From Geosiphon pyriformis uo1 (taxonomy: Eukaryota > Fungi > Glomeromycota), in contig JAAOMT010000420.1 in the NCBI GenBank assembly GCA_016748015.1, positions 62,001 through 126,000 on the forward strand: DNA of 64,000 nt. Direction: 5' to 3'. The first letter of the stretch is position 1. Every line of letters begins with the position of its first letter. Below, one piece after another: positions 52,209 to 64,000 of this stretch. Position numbers and translations under genes: made by a program. Below the pieces are notes generated by a model. That model did not search any database. It was not told where the DNA came from and was given only the letters and a program-made list of their open reading frames with translations.

Positions 52209-53397
52209 CTTTTGTTATATTTTTGTGAGTATTGTTTGGGTTTTGTTATATTTTTGGGTTGAAATATTCTTAAATTTGTCTCATTCGTGACAAATTGTCA
52301 GCATTTCCGTTGTCTTTTCCCTTTTTATAATGTATAATATAAATATATAGCACAAGTGCCATTTTCCATCTTGATTGTCTTCTATCTCCAAATTCTTGTT
52401 TTTGAAGTGATGTCAATTCTTTGTGATCTGTGTACACCTCAAACTTTTGGCTCAAGTATTTTTTCCATTTCATAACTGTCCAATAAATTGCTAAATATTC
52501 TAATTCTGGTGTTCTATAGTTCTTTTCGGCTGGTGTTAAATTTTGGCTGGTGTATACAACTAAATGTTCTCTTCCATCTGGTCCTCTCTGAGATAGTACT
52601 GCTCACAATGCTTGACCTGATGCATTGGTGGTAATAATGAATGGTTTACTATAATCTGAATAGATCAATACTAGAGCTTAAATAAGCTTTCTTCTTAAGA
52701 TGTCAAATGCTTTTTGTTGGGTTTCAGTCCATTTATACTTTGCATTTTTGGTTTGAAAATCATTGAGTGGTTGTGCTATCTTTCAGCTTGGTTACGTTGG
52801 TTGGTATTGGAAAGTTCTTTACTATCTCTATTTTCTTCAGATCTGTTTTTATGCCATCTTTGCTAACTATGTGTTCCAAGAATTTTAGTTCTGTTTTGCT
52901 GAAAAAACACTTTGTTGCATTCAATTTTAATTCTGCTTGTTGTAGTCTTTCAAACACTTGTTGGAAATGACATAGATGATTATCGAATGTTTTTGAGAAC
53001 ACATTGGTGTCATCCATGTATACAACTACTGATTTCCACAATAAGCCAGTATACACAATTTCTATTAGCCATTGGAAGGTTGCTGGGGCATTAGTTAAGC
53101 CAAATGACATTACTTCAAATTCAAAATTCCCTTCTTTTATGGTAAATGCTGTTTTTTCTTTGTCGGCTGGATCCATGACTACTTGTCAGTAACCACAATC
53201 CAAGCTTAATGTTAAGAACCATTTGTTTCTACCAAAAGCGTCAAATAATTCTTGTATCTGTGGAGTTGGATAACTGTCTCCACGAGTTACACCATTAAGT
53301 TTTCTGTAATTTACACAAAAGTGGATCTTTCCATTCTTTTTATAGACGAGTACTACTAGTGACAACTATGGGCTCATTGATGGCTAAATTAACCTGT

Positions 53398-54285
53398 TGT
53401 TACAGTTTAAGAATTTAGAAAAAAAGAATTATAAAAATAATACAAACTATTCAATCATAATATAGCACAGTAATAATCTTAGAAAGGTAATGATTAACAT
53501 AGTAGCAAACACCATCTCGCGATAGTGGCAAGCACCAGTTCACAATAGCAGCCAACACCAACTGGTGATANNNNNNNNNNNNNNNNNNNNNNNNNNNNNN
53601 NNNNNNNNNNNNNNNNNNNNNNNNNNNNNNNNNNNNNNNNNNNNNNNNNNNNNNNNNNNNNNNNNNNNNNNNNNNNNNNNNNNNNNNNNNNNNNNNNNNN
53701 NNNNNNNNNNNNNNNNNNNNNNNNNNNNNNNNNNNNNNNNNNNNNNNNNNNNNNNNNNNNNNNNNNNNNNNNNNNNNNNNNNNNNNNNNNNNNNNNNNNN
53801 NNNNNNNNNNNNNNNNNNNNNNNNNNNNNNNNNNNNNNNNNNNNNNNNNNNNNNNNNNNNNNNNNNNNNNNNNNNNNNNNNNNNNNNNNNNNNNNNNNNN
53901 NNNNNNNNNNNNNNNNNNNNTTGATCAAGATTATTCACGTTGTTACTAATTGATAAAAGCTTTATTGTGAGAATTAGAAAAGCGCTAAAGACCATTAACA
54001 TTCTGTGTTTCTAGATTAGAGAAACACATCAGGCAATTGCAAGAATAGCCTCAGAGAAGACTCCAAACAGTGGGTAGATTTCAGTTCAGCCTCTGAAAAG
54101 GAGTACATAAACACACACAACAATCAAGAATTAAAGAATAACTTACATCGCAACAGTAAAAAAGAAAGCCTTCAGTGTAACAGTGACATTATTACACAAA
54201 TAGAATTGAGGAACTCACGAAAGACTGATTGCAATTAAAGTGGGATATCAGCAATTAAATATAACAAAAAAACCATCCCATAACA
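53398..54285 (+). repeat. 5' LTR of element C (contains an N gap)
   Basis: 53921-54285 is nearly identical to about 60829-61193; followed by the PBS. Confidence 0.88.
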
Positions 54286-54287
54286 TT

Positions 54288-54305
54288 TGGTGAACCCTAC
54301 GAGGA
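54288..54305 (+). promoter_or_regulatory. Primer-binding site TGGTGAACCCTACGAGGA
   Basis: TGG two nt after the LTR end; complementary to a tRNA ending GGGUUCACCA. Confidence 0.8.
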
Positions 54306-54749
54306 AAGAAAATCAAAAAGGAAATAATAATTAGCAATAATTCATTGCTAAAAAGGAAAAGACAAAAGTGGAGACAAAAACCCCTAATCTTACTGTTCTT
54401 GNNNNNNNNNNNNNNNNNNNNAAATCATACTTTCAAAATAAATATCCCAAGAAACCTTTAAAATCAAAAAAAAATGAAAAAGAATATTTAAAACTGAACT
54501 ATCACAACCCAAAGTATTAAGAAACTTACTTGTATTATTTATTGAATGAAACTATCATTCATCAACTGAATCCCTTGGAAGAATAATTCTTGATCAAGAT
54601 TATTCACATTGTTATTAATTGATAAAAGCTTTATTGTGAGAATTAGAAAAGCGCTAAAGACCATTAACATTCTGTGTTTCTAGATTAGAGAAACACATCA
54701 GGCAATTGCAAGGATAGCCTCAGAAAAGANNNNNNNNNNNNNNNNNNNN

Positions 54750-57700
54750 CATCATCATCAACATCAACTCCACAAACGCCAAGAACTCCTAGTTATATTG
54801 ATAAAATTAAACAATGTAACTGGGGAGACATACCAATTACAGAAGAATATTCATCACTATTCCAAAACCCTCTTTTTCAGCCAAAATTTAGAACGGGATT
54901 TGAAAACCATGAAGAGGAGTCTGAATCGGAATCCGAAAAAGAGACCAGCGAAAAAACAATCACAAGACCAGTCACTGGAACAAGCAGCCAGTCCAGAAAC
55001 CAAGAAACTCATGATCAAGAGGAAGAACCGGATATAAGGGAAGCCACCTTTAAGAACGCTCAAGGAAATATCATCCCACCTCCTCTTAGACCAATAAACC
55101 CACCAGCAGAAAATGGCAACAAAATGACCACACCATACATTGCAAGACTAACAGATTTCTCAGGAGAGGAAGAAGAAATGGACGTGCACACATGGCTCAG
55201 AGAAGCACAAAAAGCCATCCAGGCAAATAACTGGAACGACCAAAAAGCAATTCAAACATTACCTTTCTTCCTGAAAGGCACAGCCGACTTGTGGTATCAA
55301 AGCCTGGAAACAAAACCCACGAGCTTCGCTGAATTTAAAAATGCACTCCTGGAGTATTTTAGCGACCCAAACGCCGTAATCCAACTACAAAACAAATTCA
55401 ATACTATTAAGCAAAATACTGGTGAAACTGTCACCCAATACCTTGCTCAATTCAATCGAATTCGCCGTCAGATTGAAGTGATTGAACAAGGATACTACAC
55501 TGATCCTCAGGTTTTAAATCAGTTTATTAGAGGATTAAAAAGCAGCATTTTAGGAAGAGTACGCCCTGCCCACCCTAATTCCTTACCAGAAGCCGTTACG
55601 CTTGCCAGAGCTCTTGAATTGGCTGAGAAAGAAGCTAACCATAGTCAAATGGTTAACATAGTAATGGAGGAAAATAAGACAGAAACATTAGAGAAAAGAG
55701 TAATACGATTAGGGGAGGAACTCTCTAAGAAAATAGAAAGTTACCTCATCCCAGATCCAAGAAAAAATACATACCAACCACCCCAAAGACGCAGCCAGGA
55801 AGTCAGCGACAGTCGAAATAATCGCCCGTCGTGCCAGGAATTCAGAACAGAAACACGTGCCTGCCATTTTTGCAAACGCATAAGATATTTGATTAGTCAA
55901 TGTCGAACGCGAATGATGCAGGAAGCATGCGAAAATAATTACTACGCGCCACCCCAAATGCCCAGAAACCAGTACACGCCAATACCATGCCAATATCCCA
56001 CCACGTATCAAAATCAAGGAGCTTACCAGCAACAGCCCATGATAGCCAACCCGAATTGGCGTCCCGAGGCCCGAAATCAGCCCATGTGGAACCAAAACGC
56101 GTTGGTCCAGAGGAATCCAAACCGTGCTGGAACCAATCAGCAAACCAATCCAAACTACCAAAATTATCAACAAACTTACCTTAATATACCGGAAAACCTG
56201 ATCATCGGAAACAATGACGGTAGAAACATAAACAGAACCAAAAATTCCTCCAAATTGAGCCAGACAATACCACCAGCAGTTGCCACTGAAGATAGCAGCC
56301 TCGCAGCTATTTTTTCTTTTGAATTAGAGGAAAACGAGGCTATGTTCAGTGGAGCAGCATTGGACGAAAAACGCCCAATCACTGCTATGTATATGGAAGC
56401 CACTGTAAACAATACCCCAATCAAACTTATCTTAGACAGCTGATCCGCTGGAAGCATTGTAACGCTTCAACTAGTAAACCAACTGGGTTTCAAAGTTGAT
56501 CATGCCGTGATGTCCCAAATTATAACAGCTGATGGAAGTACAAAGCTGCCTTATGGCAAAATCGACTCATTCCCTTTCGAAATTAATGGCATAGTAATAT
56601 CTACAAAAGTATTAGTAATGGATGCTACACAATATCAAGCGTTAGTAGAAAATGACTGGCTAACAAAAGCCAACACCACCCTAAACTGGACCACCCAAGA
56701 GCTTCTGATTAATTATAATGGCCACCAGGCCAAAATTCCAGCCACCTGTGGCCACTTCCAAAAACCCAGTGCCAACCAAAGATCTACCTTCGAATTTGAG
56801 GAAAATCCAGCACTACCAGCCATCGAAACCTATCAGCTCTCTTGGGCTGATGACCAAAGAACAGGACTACCAGCCGTAACAACGTGGACCAGCGAAGAAA
56901 GATCCGAATGGAACCAGGTAAGTTCACGAAGAAACCACCAGCGACGCAGACCAAAGCTAGAATGCTCAATTTGCAAGAAGAAACTCTTGTCTATAACTGT
57001 GTGCAGCGCACCGGACAAAGACCCAAGAAACCCCACCCACTACTATTGTAACCATTGTAACAAAGAAAAATACGGTTACCCAGAAAGACACGGAAAATGG
57101 GACGAGGAACCGTGCCTCGCTTGTGGAGAACTGTTACCAAGAGGGTGCGACTGGAATGACTTACCAGGCAGAGGAGGAACGTGTGACACAACTTGCCAAT
57201 ACACAATCCTCATCTGTGACTGGGTAAGAGGAAGAATGCCGTTCGAAGCAGCATTCAACAGAGCGTTAAAAAGACTACAGCACTACCCACACGATGAGAA
57301 CGAGTTGTACAACACCGCACAAGCCAAAGTAAGAGGAAGAACCGCCGAAGAAATATGACGTTGGAAAGAGTCAGCCGAAGTAGCCGACGAAGTCGCCAGT
57401 TACAACATGTTCGACCCAGTGGACAAATTCCAGGACTACTACCAACAACTATGCCCCACTCGACAAGAGCAAGAACAATACCTCGCCCAAATCAACACTT
57501 ACCTCTGTGAAAACTGTCTCATCCCGTGCCAAAGTCAGTGCTGTGAAGAGTGTCAAGACGAAAGGGACTTAGAAAGAAAAATAGAAATTGAGAATCAGCA
57601 GTCTTAAAATCAATCAATAAATTAACAAGACTCACCTGACGGTCCCGAGTCAGAAAAATTTGTAGCCTATACTGACCTAGAACAGGTGACCGACATCCGA

Positions 57701-59953
57701 TACTTCAACAACGGGCACTTAGGAATAATACCTGAAAGAGCCCATCCAACCGACGCCGGATTCGATCTATGTTATCCGGAAGACCAATCCACAATGTTAC
57801 CACCCAGGAGTATCACCAAAATCGACCTAAAAATAGCGGTTGAAATTCCGCCAGGAATAATGGTTCAAATGGCGTCGTGATCAAGCCTCGCGAAAAAAGG
57901 AATAAGCGTTCAAGAAGGAGTAATTGACTCCGGATACACTGGAAATTTGATGGTTTTGCTACAGAACAATTCAGAAAAGCCTTATACCATTGAATCTAAG
58001 GAAAAGATTGCACAAGCAATTTTCCTACCATTGGTAAAAATTGGGAAATTCGTGTCAGTGGAAAATTGTGAGGAATTGTTACAAACAACGAGAAGAACTT
58101 TTGGTTTCAGATCAACAGGAAAAGGAATTGAAGCGAATTTCACTGAAACAATAGGGGAAAAAGGCGAAGTAATTAAAAATGAGCGGTCCATCACACTCCT
58201 ACCATATGGAAAATCAGAAATAAGAATAAAAAGGACAATTAAAGAAAAAGACCTAATATTTGAGCCCTACCTAGAAACTTGCCAACAGTTTCTCATAGGA
58301 CTTACTAACCTTTTTATTCCAGCTGATAAAGCTCAATGGATAAAAATTTCTATCGCAAACACCACAGAAGAACCTGTCTACATTCTGGAAGATACCATCA
58401 TTGGATACCTCGGAACGGAGCTAGAAAACGCGTTAACACCACAAGAAATTCTAAATTTCCCAGAAATCGCCCTCTACTGTAAACTCACTTCAATAAATTG
58501 GCAACAACCAGTAGAATGCTATCAATTTACGCCAGAAGAATTGGCCAAATTAAACATTGGAACAATGGATCTCGACCAACAGCGACAATTAAAAGCATTA
58601 ATTTTAAAATACTCTGATATATTTTCAAGAAATGGCGAATTTGGAAGAACCAACTTGGTTCAACACCAAATCCCCACTGGAGACGCCAGACCTGAAAAAC
58701 AACGCGCTTACCATGTCCCACCAATGGAGCATAATTTTATCAGAGAAGAAGTCCAAAGCATGTTGGAAAAAGGAATAATACAACCATCAATGAGCCCATG
58801 GTCCTCACCAGTTGTTTTAGTAAGGAAAAAGAACGGAAAAATTAGATTTTGTGTCAACTATCGCAAACTAAACAGCAAAACAACCAAAGACTCATATCCA
58901 ATACCGTTAATTGACGAAATCTTTGACGTTTTTAGAGGAGCAAAATGGTTTTCTACACTGGACTTGACCAGTGGGTACTGGCAAGTGGAAATGGACCCAA
59001 AGGACAGGCATAAAACAGCATTCACAACACAAAATGGCAATTATGAGTTCAATGTAATGCCATTTGGATTAACAAACGCTTCCGCGACATTCCAAAGACT
59101 AATGGATGTAATTTATTCCGGAATCCTGTGGCAATCCGTTGTTGTCTACTTGGATGATACAAATGTTTTCTCGTCAAAATTCACGGATCATCTCCAACAT
59201 TTACAACAAGTTTTTGAGAGATTGAGACACGCTGGACTTAAACTAAATCTAGAAAAATGTTTCTTTGGGAAAAATAAGCTAGCATTTTTAGGACACGTAG
59301 TTGGAAAAGATGGAATAAAACCAGATCCATCAAAAATAGACAAAGTGAAAAATTTTCCAGTACCTCAAAACGTTTCAGAAATTAGAAGCTTTTTAGGACT
59401 TGTATCTTACTACCGCCGCTTTGTAGAAAACTTTTCAAACATCGCCAAACCCCTTAATTACCTACTATCTAAAAATGTGAAGTTTGAATGGACTGAAGCA
59501 CAACAAAAAACTTTTGAGTACCTTAGACAAAAGCTCATTGAATCACCAATAATGATCTATCCAAATTTCAACAAGAAATTCATTTTGGCCACAGATGCCT
59601 CTGGAACTGGACTTGGAGCCATTCTGTCACAAAAAGATGATAATGGAAGAGAACGTGTAATTGCTTATGCCAGCAGAAGTCTCAGTACGGCAGAACAAAA
59701 CTACGCAGCACATGAACTTGAATGCTTAGCAGTAGTCTGGAGTTGTGTTCACTTTGACACATATTTACGGTACCAATCCTTTGAGATTACGACAGATCAT
59801 AGAGGTCTGGTCTGGTTAAATAACAAGAAAGCGCTAAAAGGAAAATACGCCAGATAGTCATAAACGTTAGCACCATACAATTATATTATCAAATACAAAA
59901 AAGGTACCAAAAATGCTAATGTCGACTGTTTGTCAAGAATGAGACACACATAA
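54750..59953 (+). pseudogene. Element C ORF1: Gag(CCHC)-PR-Cys-rich domain-dUTPase-spacer-RT-RNase H in one frame, with nonsense mutations
   Basis: ORFs at 55124, 56507, 57407, 57686 and 57947 are all co-framed; PR LDS*SA (GGA>TGA); dUTPase AGFDL, VIDSGYTG, IAQ; YLDD; TDASG; ends SRMRHT*. Confidence 0.92.
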
Positions 59954-59982
59954 AAATCACCAACCCACCCGCCACAACAACA

Positions 59983-60119
59983 ATGAACAACCACCTTTAC
60001 AAAAACCTCAGCCAATACTTGGAAACACTACAAATAGACAAAGAAATGCCAGTAAAAGAGCTAATTAAGCTCCAAAAATTAGCAAAACACTATTTCATCC
60101 AAAATCACATACTTTATTA
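59983..60119 (+). CDS. Element C integrase N-terminus (separate ORF), cut by an N gap
   Basis: MNNHLYKNLSQYLETL...KLAKHYFIQNHILY matches element A MDTLTYQQLHQYLSTL...KQARNYFIQDNQLY. Confidence 0.8.
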
Positions 60120-60139
60120 NNNNNNNNNNNNNNNNNNNN

Positions 60140-60733
60140 TTCTCATAGGACTTACTAACTTTTTTATTCCAGCTGATAAAGCTCAATGGATAAAAATTCC
60201 TATCGCAAACACCACAGAAGAACCTGTCTACATTCTGGAAGATACCATCATTGGATACCTCGGAACGGAGCTAGAAAACGCGTCAACACCACAAGAAATT
60301 CTAAATTTCCCAGAAATCGCCCTCTACTGTGAACTCACTTCAATAAATTGGCAACAACCAGTAGAATGCTATCAATTTACGCCAGAAGAATTGGCCAAAT
60401 TAAACATTGGAACAATGGATCCCGACCAACAGCGACAATTAAAAGCATTAATTTTAAAATACTCTGATATATTTTCAAGAAATGGCGAATTTGGAAGAAC
60501 CAACTTGGTTCAACACCAAATCCCCACTGGAGACGCCAGACCTGAAAAACAACGCGCTTACCATGTCCCACCAATGGAGCATAATTTTATCAGAGAAGAA
60601 GTCCAAAGCATGTTGGAAAAAGGAATAATACAACCATCAATGAGCCCATGGTCCTCACCAGTTGTTTTAGTAAGGAAAAAGAACGGAAAAATTAGATTTT
60701 GTGTCGACTATCGCAAACTAAACAGCAAAACAA
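60140..60733 (+). other. Near-identical duplicate of about 58290-58883; probable mis-scaffolded sister copy
   Basis: Direct identity; bounded by an N gap and an adapter. Confidence 0.85.
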
Positions 60734-60752
60734 AGATGTGTATAAGAGACAG
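60734..60752 (+). other. Nextera/Tn5 mosaic-end adapter contamination
   Basis: Exact AGATGTGTATAAGAGACAG at a chimeric junction. Confidence 0.97.
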
Positions 60753-61193
60753 GTATTAAGAAACTTACTTGTATTATTTATTGAATGAAACTATTATTCA
60801 TCACCTGAATCCCTTGAAAGAATAATCCTTGATCAAGATTATTCACGCTGTTACTAATTGATAAAAGCTTTATTGTGAGAATTAGAAAAGCGCTAAAGAC
60901 CATTAACATTCTGTGTTTCTAGATTAGAGAAACACATCAGGCAATTGCAAGGATAGCCTCAGAGAAGACCCCAGACAGTGGGTAGATTTCAGTTCAGCCT
61001 CTGAGAAGGAATACATAAACACACACAACAATCAAGAATTAAAGAATAACTTACATCGCAACAGTAAAAAAGAAAGCCTTCAGTGTAACAGTAACATTAT
61101 CACACAAATAGAATTGAGGAACTCATGAAAGACTGATTGCAATTAAAGTGGGATATCAGCAATTAAATATAACAAGAAAACCATCCCGTAACA
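60753..61193 (+). repeat. 3' LTR of element C (distal part)
   Basis: Matches the 5' LTR; ends GTAACA followed by the TSD. Confidence 0.9.
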
Positions 61194-64000
61194 CTGTTAT
61201 TAAGCATTTGGTTGATCTCTTGACAGATGATTTTATGGCTGGCTAGTGGTACCCTATATGCTCACTGTTTGATTGGCATTGTATCTCCAGTCTTGATCTA
61301 ATACTGGATAATATCAGTTCTGCCAAATTTGTTTTCACTGGCAAAGATGTCATTGAAATTATTAAGTAATATTTTTAGTTGTATCTGTTAAAGTGGATTC
61401 AAATTTCTTATGTTCATCTGTTCCAATTGTTCTGGCTGTAACAGATAACATTTGTTTCGTCCGTAGATGGTTTGTAATGTAATTTCCACATATCCACAAA
61501 GCTGTGAAAAATCTGGAATGCTGCTTGGTGCTTGATCTTCAATTTCTATGGTTAAATATCTGAGAATGGTTCCTTTCAGTATCTCTACAACATTTCCAGT
61601 GTTGTTGTAAATGGGAATTTTGATATGGTTATGGCTTTTGGCTGATATATGTAGATTGATAAGTCCAATTTCTCCTAATTCACAAAGGGTTGCTTCTGCT
61701 TCAAAAATCTGGTCTTGCTCCTTCTCTTTCCTTTTTATTACTAACATGTATTGGCTATATGGTGGAATAGAAATTATTTGACTGGTTGAGATAATTTCTC
61801 CTTGGCCAATAATCTTTTTCTCCATCATATTGACTGGTACATCTATTCTACTTGTGGATCTGAATCTCTTTTGCTGTTATCCCTAATTCTTCTCTGTTTC
61901 CCACTGGCACTAATTAAGCTACTTTAACCAGAGACAGGAATATTGCCTGTGCTATCTTTTCATTTGGCTCTCTAATATAGGCCTTTTTTGAGTCATTTTG
62001 TAGCATGGTAATGATATTTCTTACATATCTCATGTCAATTATTCCTCCTCTTATATTTATCCCTCTTTTCACTAGACTACTCCTAAATGCTAATTGAACC
62101 ATTGTTGTTGCCAAAATTTTCAGTGCTATTTTCAAATCAATGCAGGTGCATAAATGTGGTTCCAATTTGATGGCATCTTTTCCTAGATACCTCAGATCAA
62201 ACCTGGCATTGGTATTATGTGCACATTCTGGTATAATACTTTCATTATTATCATTGAACCATTTAAGTTCCTGTTCCTTAGTGAGGTCAGGAAGTGCAAT
62301 ATATTGTTCATAGTTTGGATCGGGGTTTAAATCTGAGTTGGAATTGTTGTTATTGTTTTCGCCATATTGAACGGAACTGGAACCAGTGTTTTTGTTGTCA
62401 TTGTTGTTGAAGTTTGAATTGAGATTGAATGGTGATTCCAATTCCAATGCGCAGCTGCTGATTGGTTCTTCCTTTTCTGGGATTGTGTAGATCATGCGTG
62501 GTGGTAGATTGTAGATGAGGTCACACTTATTACAATACTCAAAGTCACTGGGGATTAAATAATGGCAACACAGTCTTGTATTTAATTGTTCTAGTTATTG
62601 CTCTTGCTTTTTTCTAGTAAGAGCTAATTCTCGGTAGTGTTTGTGAAATTGTTCTGGATCTAGAAGATTTATGACTGGTTCTGGGTCCCAATCAAGTTCT
62701 ATGGGTTCTGGTGAGTTGTTTTTAACTGTCCTGATTTCTTCTGGCAACACGCCTTTGATTTTGGCAAGTGTCATTTGCCATATTTTGTCGTCATTGTGTG
62801 GACAACTGTCCAATCAATATACAGTTCTTTTCCAAGTGGCTTTAATTGGTGTCCCTTTCCTAATCCAGTCACTAATGAGAATTGTGTATTGGCATGATTC
62901 ATCACACATTTTCCCTCTTTCAGGAATGTCATTCCACATTCTTTCGTTGAGAAGAGTTTCTCCACAAGCTAAACATGGTGTATTATCCCATTTTTCCACT
63001 CGTTTTGGTCTTCCAAAGTGTTCAACAAGGCATGTGTGGCAATAGAACTTAGTTGCCATCTGGTATTCCTTATCGTCACTACAGCATGCTCCCATTAATG
63101 ACAATTTCTTACCACAATCAATGCATATTAGCTTTAAATGACAATAGATAGATTGTTGTGGTATAGTGTAGGCATAGGAGTTATGAATGATAGTGGTTAC
63201 TTCTTCTTCCTTTTTCCTTTGTGTTTTCTTCCTCCCATACCCAGCTTGTTGTTGGTTTGCTTTCATCATGGTTGGTCCAGGTCAGATTGTCTGTCTCCCA
63301 GGTAGGTTCTTCTTTTTGTTTACCCTTTCTATTGTCATCCTATAAGAGTATTGGCGGCAGCTTGTTGTGTTCTTTGTTGGCCCATAAGACTTAATACACT
63401 TTCCAGGTAGGTTTTGGTTTTTTTTTTTCGAAGTCAATTAGTGGTACTGTGGTGTTAGTAGCCTTGAAGTAACCACACATTGCTAGTACTCACATGTGTT
63501 GACCATTTTGGTTCAGCTGAAGTTCTTGCATGTTCTAATCTAGTGTTGTATTAGTCTTGGACAGCCAGTCATTCCCAATAAGTGTTTAGTATTGAGTGGC
63601 TTTTATCACCAGAACTTTGATGGATACTACAATGCCATTGACTTTAATTGGGAAGTCATTGGTCTTTCCAATGGGTGTTTTGGTCATTCCATTAGCTGTA
63701 ATAATCCTGGCACTAGCAGCGCGATCAACTCAGCAACCTAATTGATCCATGAGTTGTCGTGTGATGATGCTGCCTGCTAAACCACTGTTAAGAATTAATT
63801 TGATGGAGTGGCTATCAACCTTGGCATCTGTATACAGACAGTGATCGGTTTCTCTTCAAGTACAGTTCCACTGAATAATGGCACATCTGACAGTTTTTCG
63901 AGTTCGAATGGAAAAATGGCATCTAAAGATTCATTTTCAGTGATTGTAGCAGATGGAATATTATTGGTAAGTGGTTGTTGTTGTTTGATTTCCGGATTGC

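Larger units (their letters stand above)
53398..61193 (+). mobile_element. Ty3/Gypsy element C nested in the RT of element B; TSD CTGT; 3' part mis-assembled
   Basis: TGTTACAG at 53398 and CCGTAACA at 61193; CTGT at 53394-53397 and 61194-61197; matching LTR segments. Confidence 0.92.
49278..64000 (-). mobile_element. Ty3/Gypsy element B (PR, Cys-rich domain, dUTPase, RT-RH, separate IN, ORF3, 3' LTR); split by element C; continues past the window
   Basis: PR ILNSGLAG near 63790; Cys domain 62520-63130; dUTPase 61855-62240; RT YMDD near 53015; RH stop 52270; IN from ATG 52208; PPT near 50132-50143. Confidence 0.92.

Noticed and set aside
53494-54001. ORFs made of X residues
   Set aside because: Translation through an N gap
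56441-56443. TGA as a programmed gag-pol readthrough
   Set aside because: It replaces the catalytic Gly of protease DSG; element B has Gly there
55709-57258. Antisense ORFs over gag/pol
   Set aside because: Shadow frames; not conserved in element B
60734-60752. Bacterial Tn5/IS50 horizontal transfer
   Set aside because: It is the synthetic mosaic end used in library preparation
59983-60759. IN-RT fusion or inverted domain order
   Set aside because: Spans an N gap, a duplicated segment and an adapter

Overview
AT-rich, intron-dense eukaryotic DNA. The gene set and TE families suggest an early-diverging fungus, probably Glomeromycotina (inference). A compact island of about 13 spliced genes (6.1-35 kb) lies between two transposon blocks. 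The genes are a Rid/AmnD-like deaminase, Ted1-like phosphoesterase, NDUFB8, a DUF4112 protein, haspin, an LRR protein, reticulon, an unknown multi-exon gene, mitochondrial L19, a ZNFX1-like protein with a dead, truncated helicase, a GPI-anchored Cys-rich protein, PDCD7, NDUFAF2 and SLD5. Left block: 3' half of Ty3/Gypsy element A. Right block: AT-eroded relic DNA, two RNase H-bearing LINEs, three solo LTRs, and minus-strand Gypsy element B with plus-strand Gypsy element C nested inside it (TSD CTGT). The main result is a shared, non-canonical, apparently tricistronic layout pieced together from the three divergent Gypsy elements: [Gag-PR-Cys-rich domain-dUTPase-dUTPase-like repeat-RT-RNase H] STOP, then a separate ATG-initiated integrase ORF, then a soluble, non-Env ORF3 ending at the PPT. 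The stop and separate integrase are seen in A, B and C. ORF3 is seen in A and B, and the Cys-rich domain and dUTPase in B and C. The 53.5-61 kb region contains N gaps, duplicated contig ends and a Nextera/Tn5 adapter, so parts are assembly artefacts.
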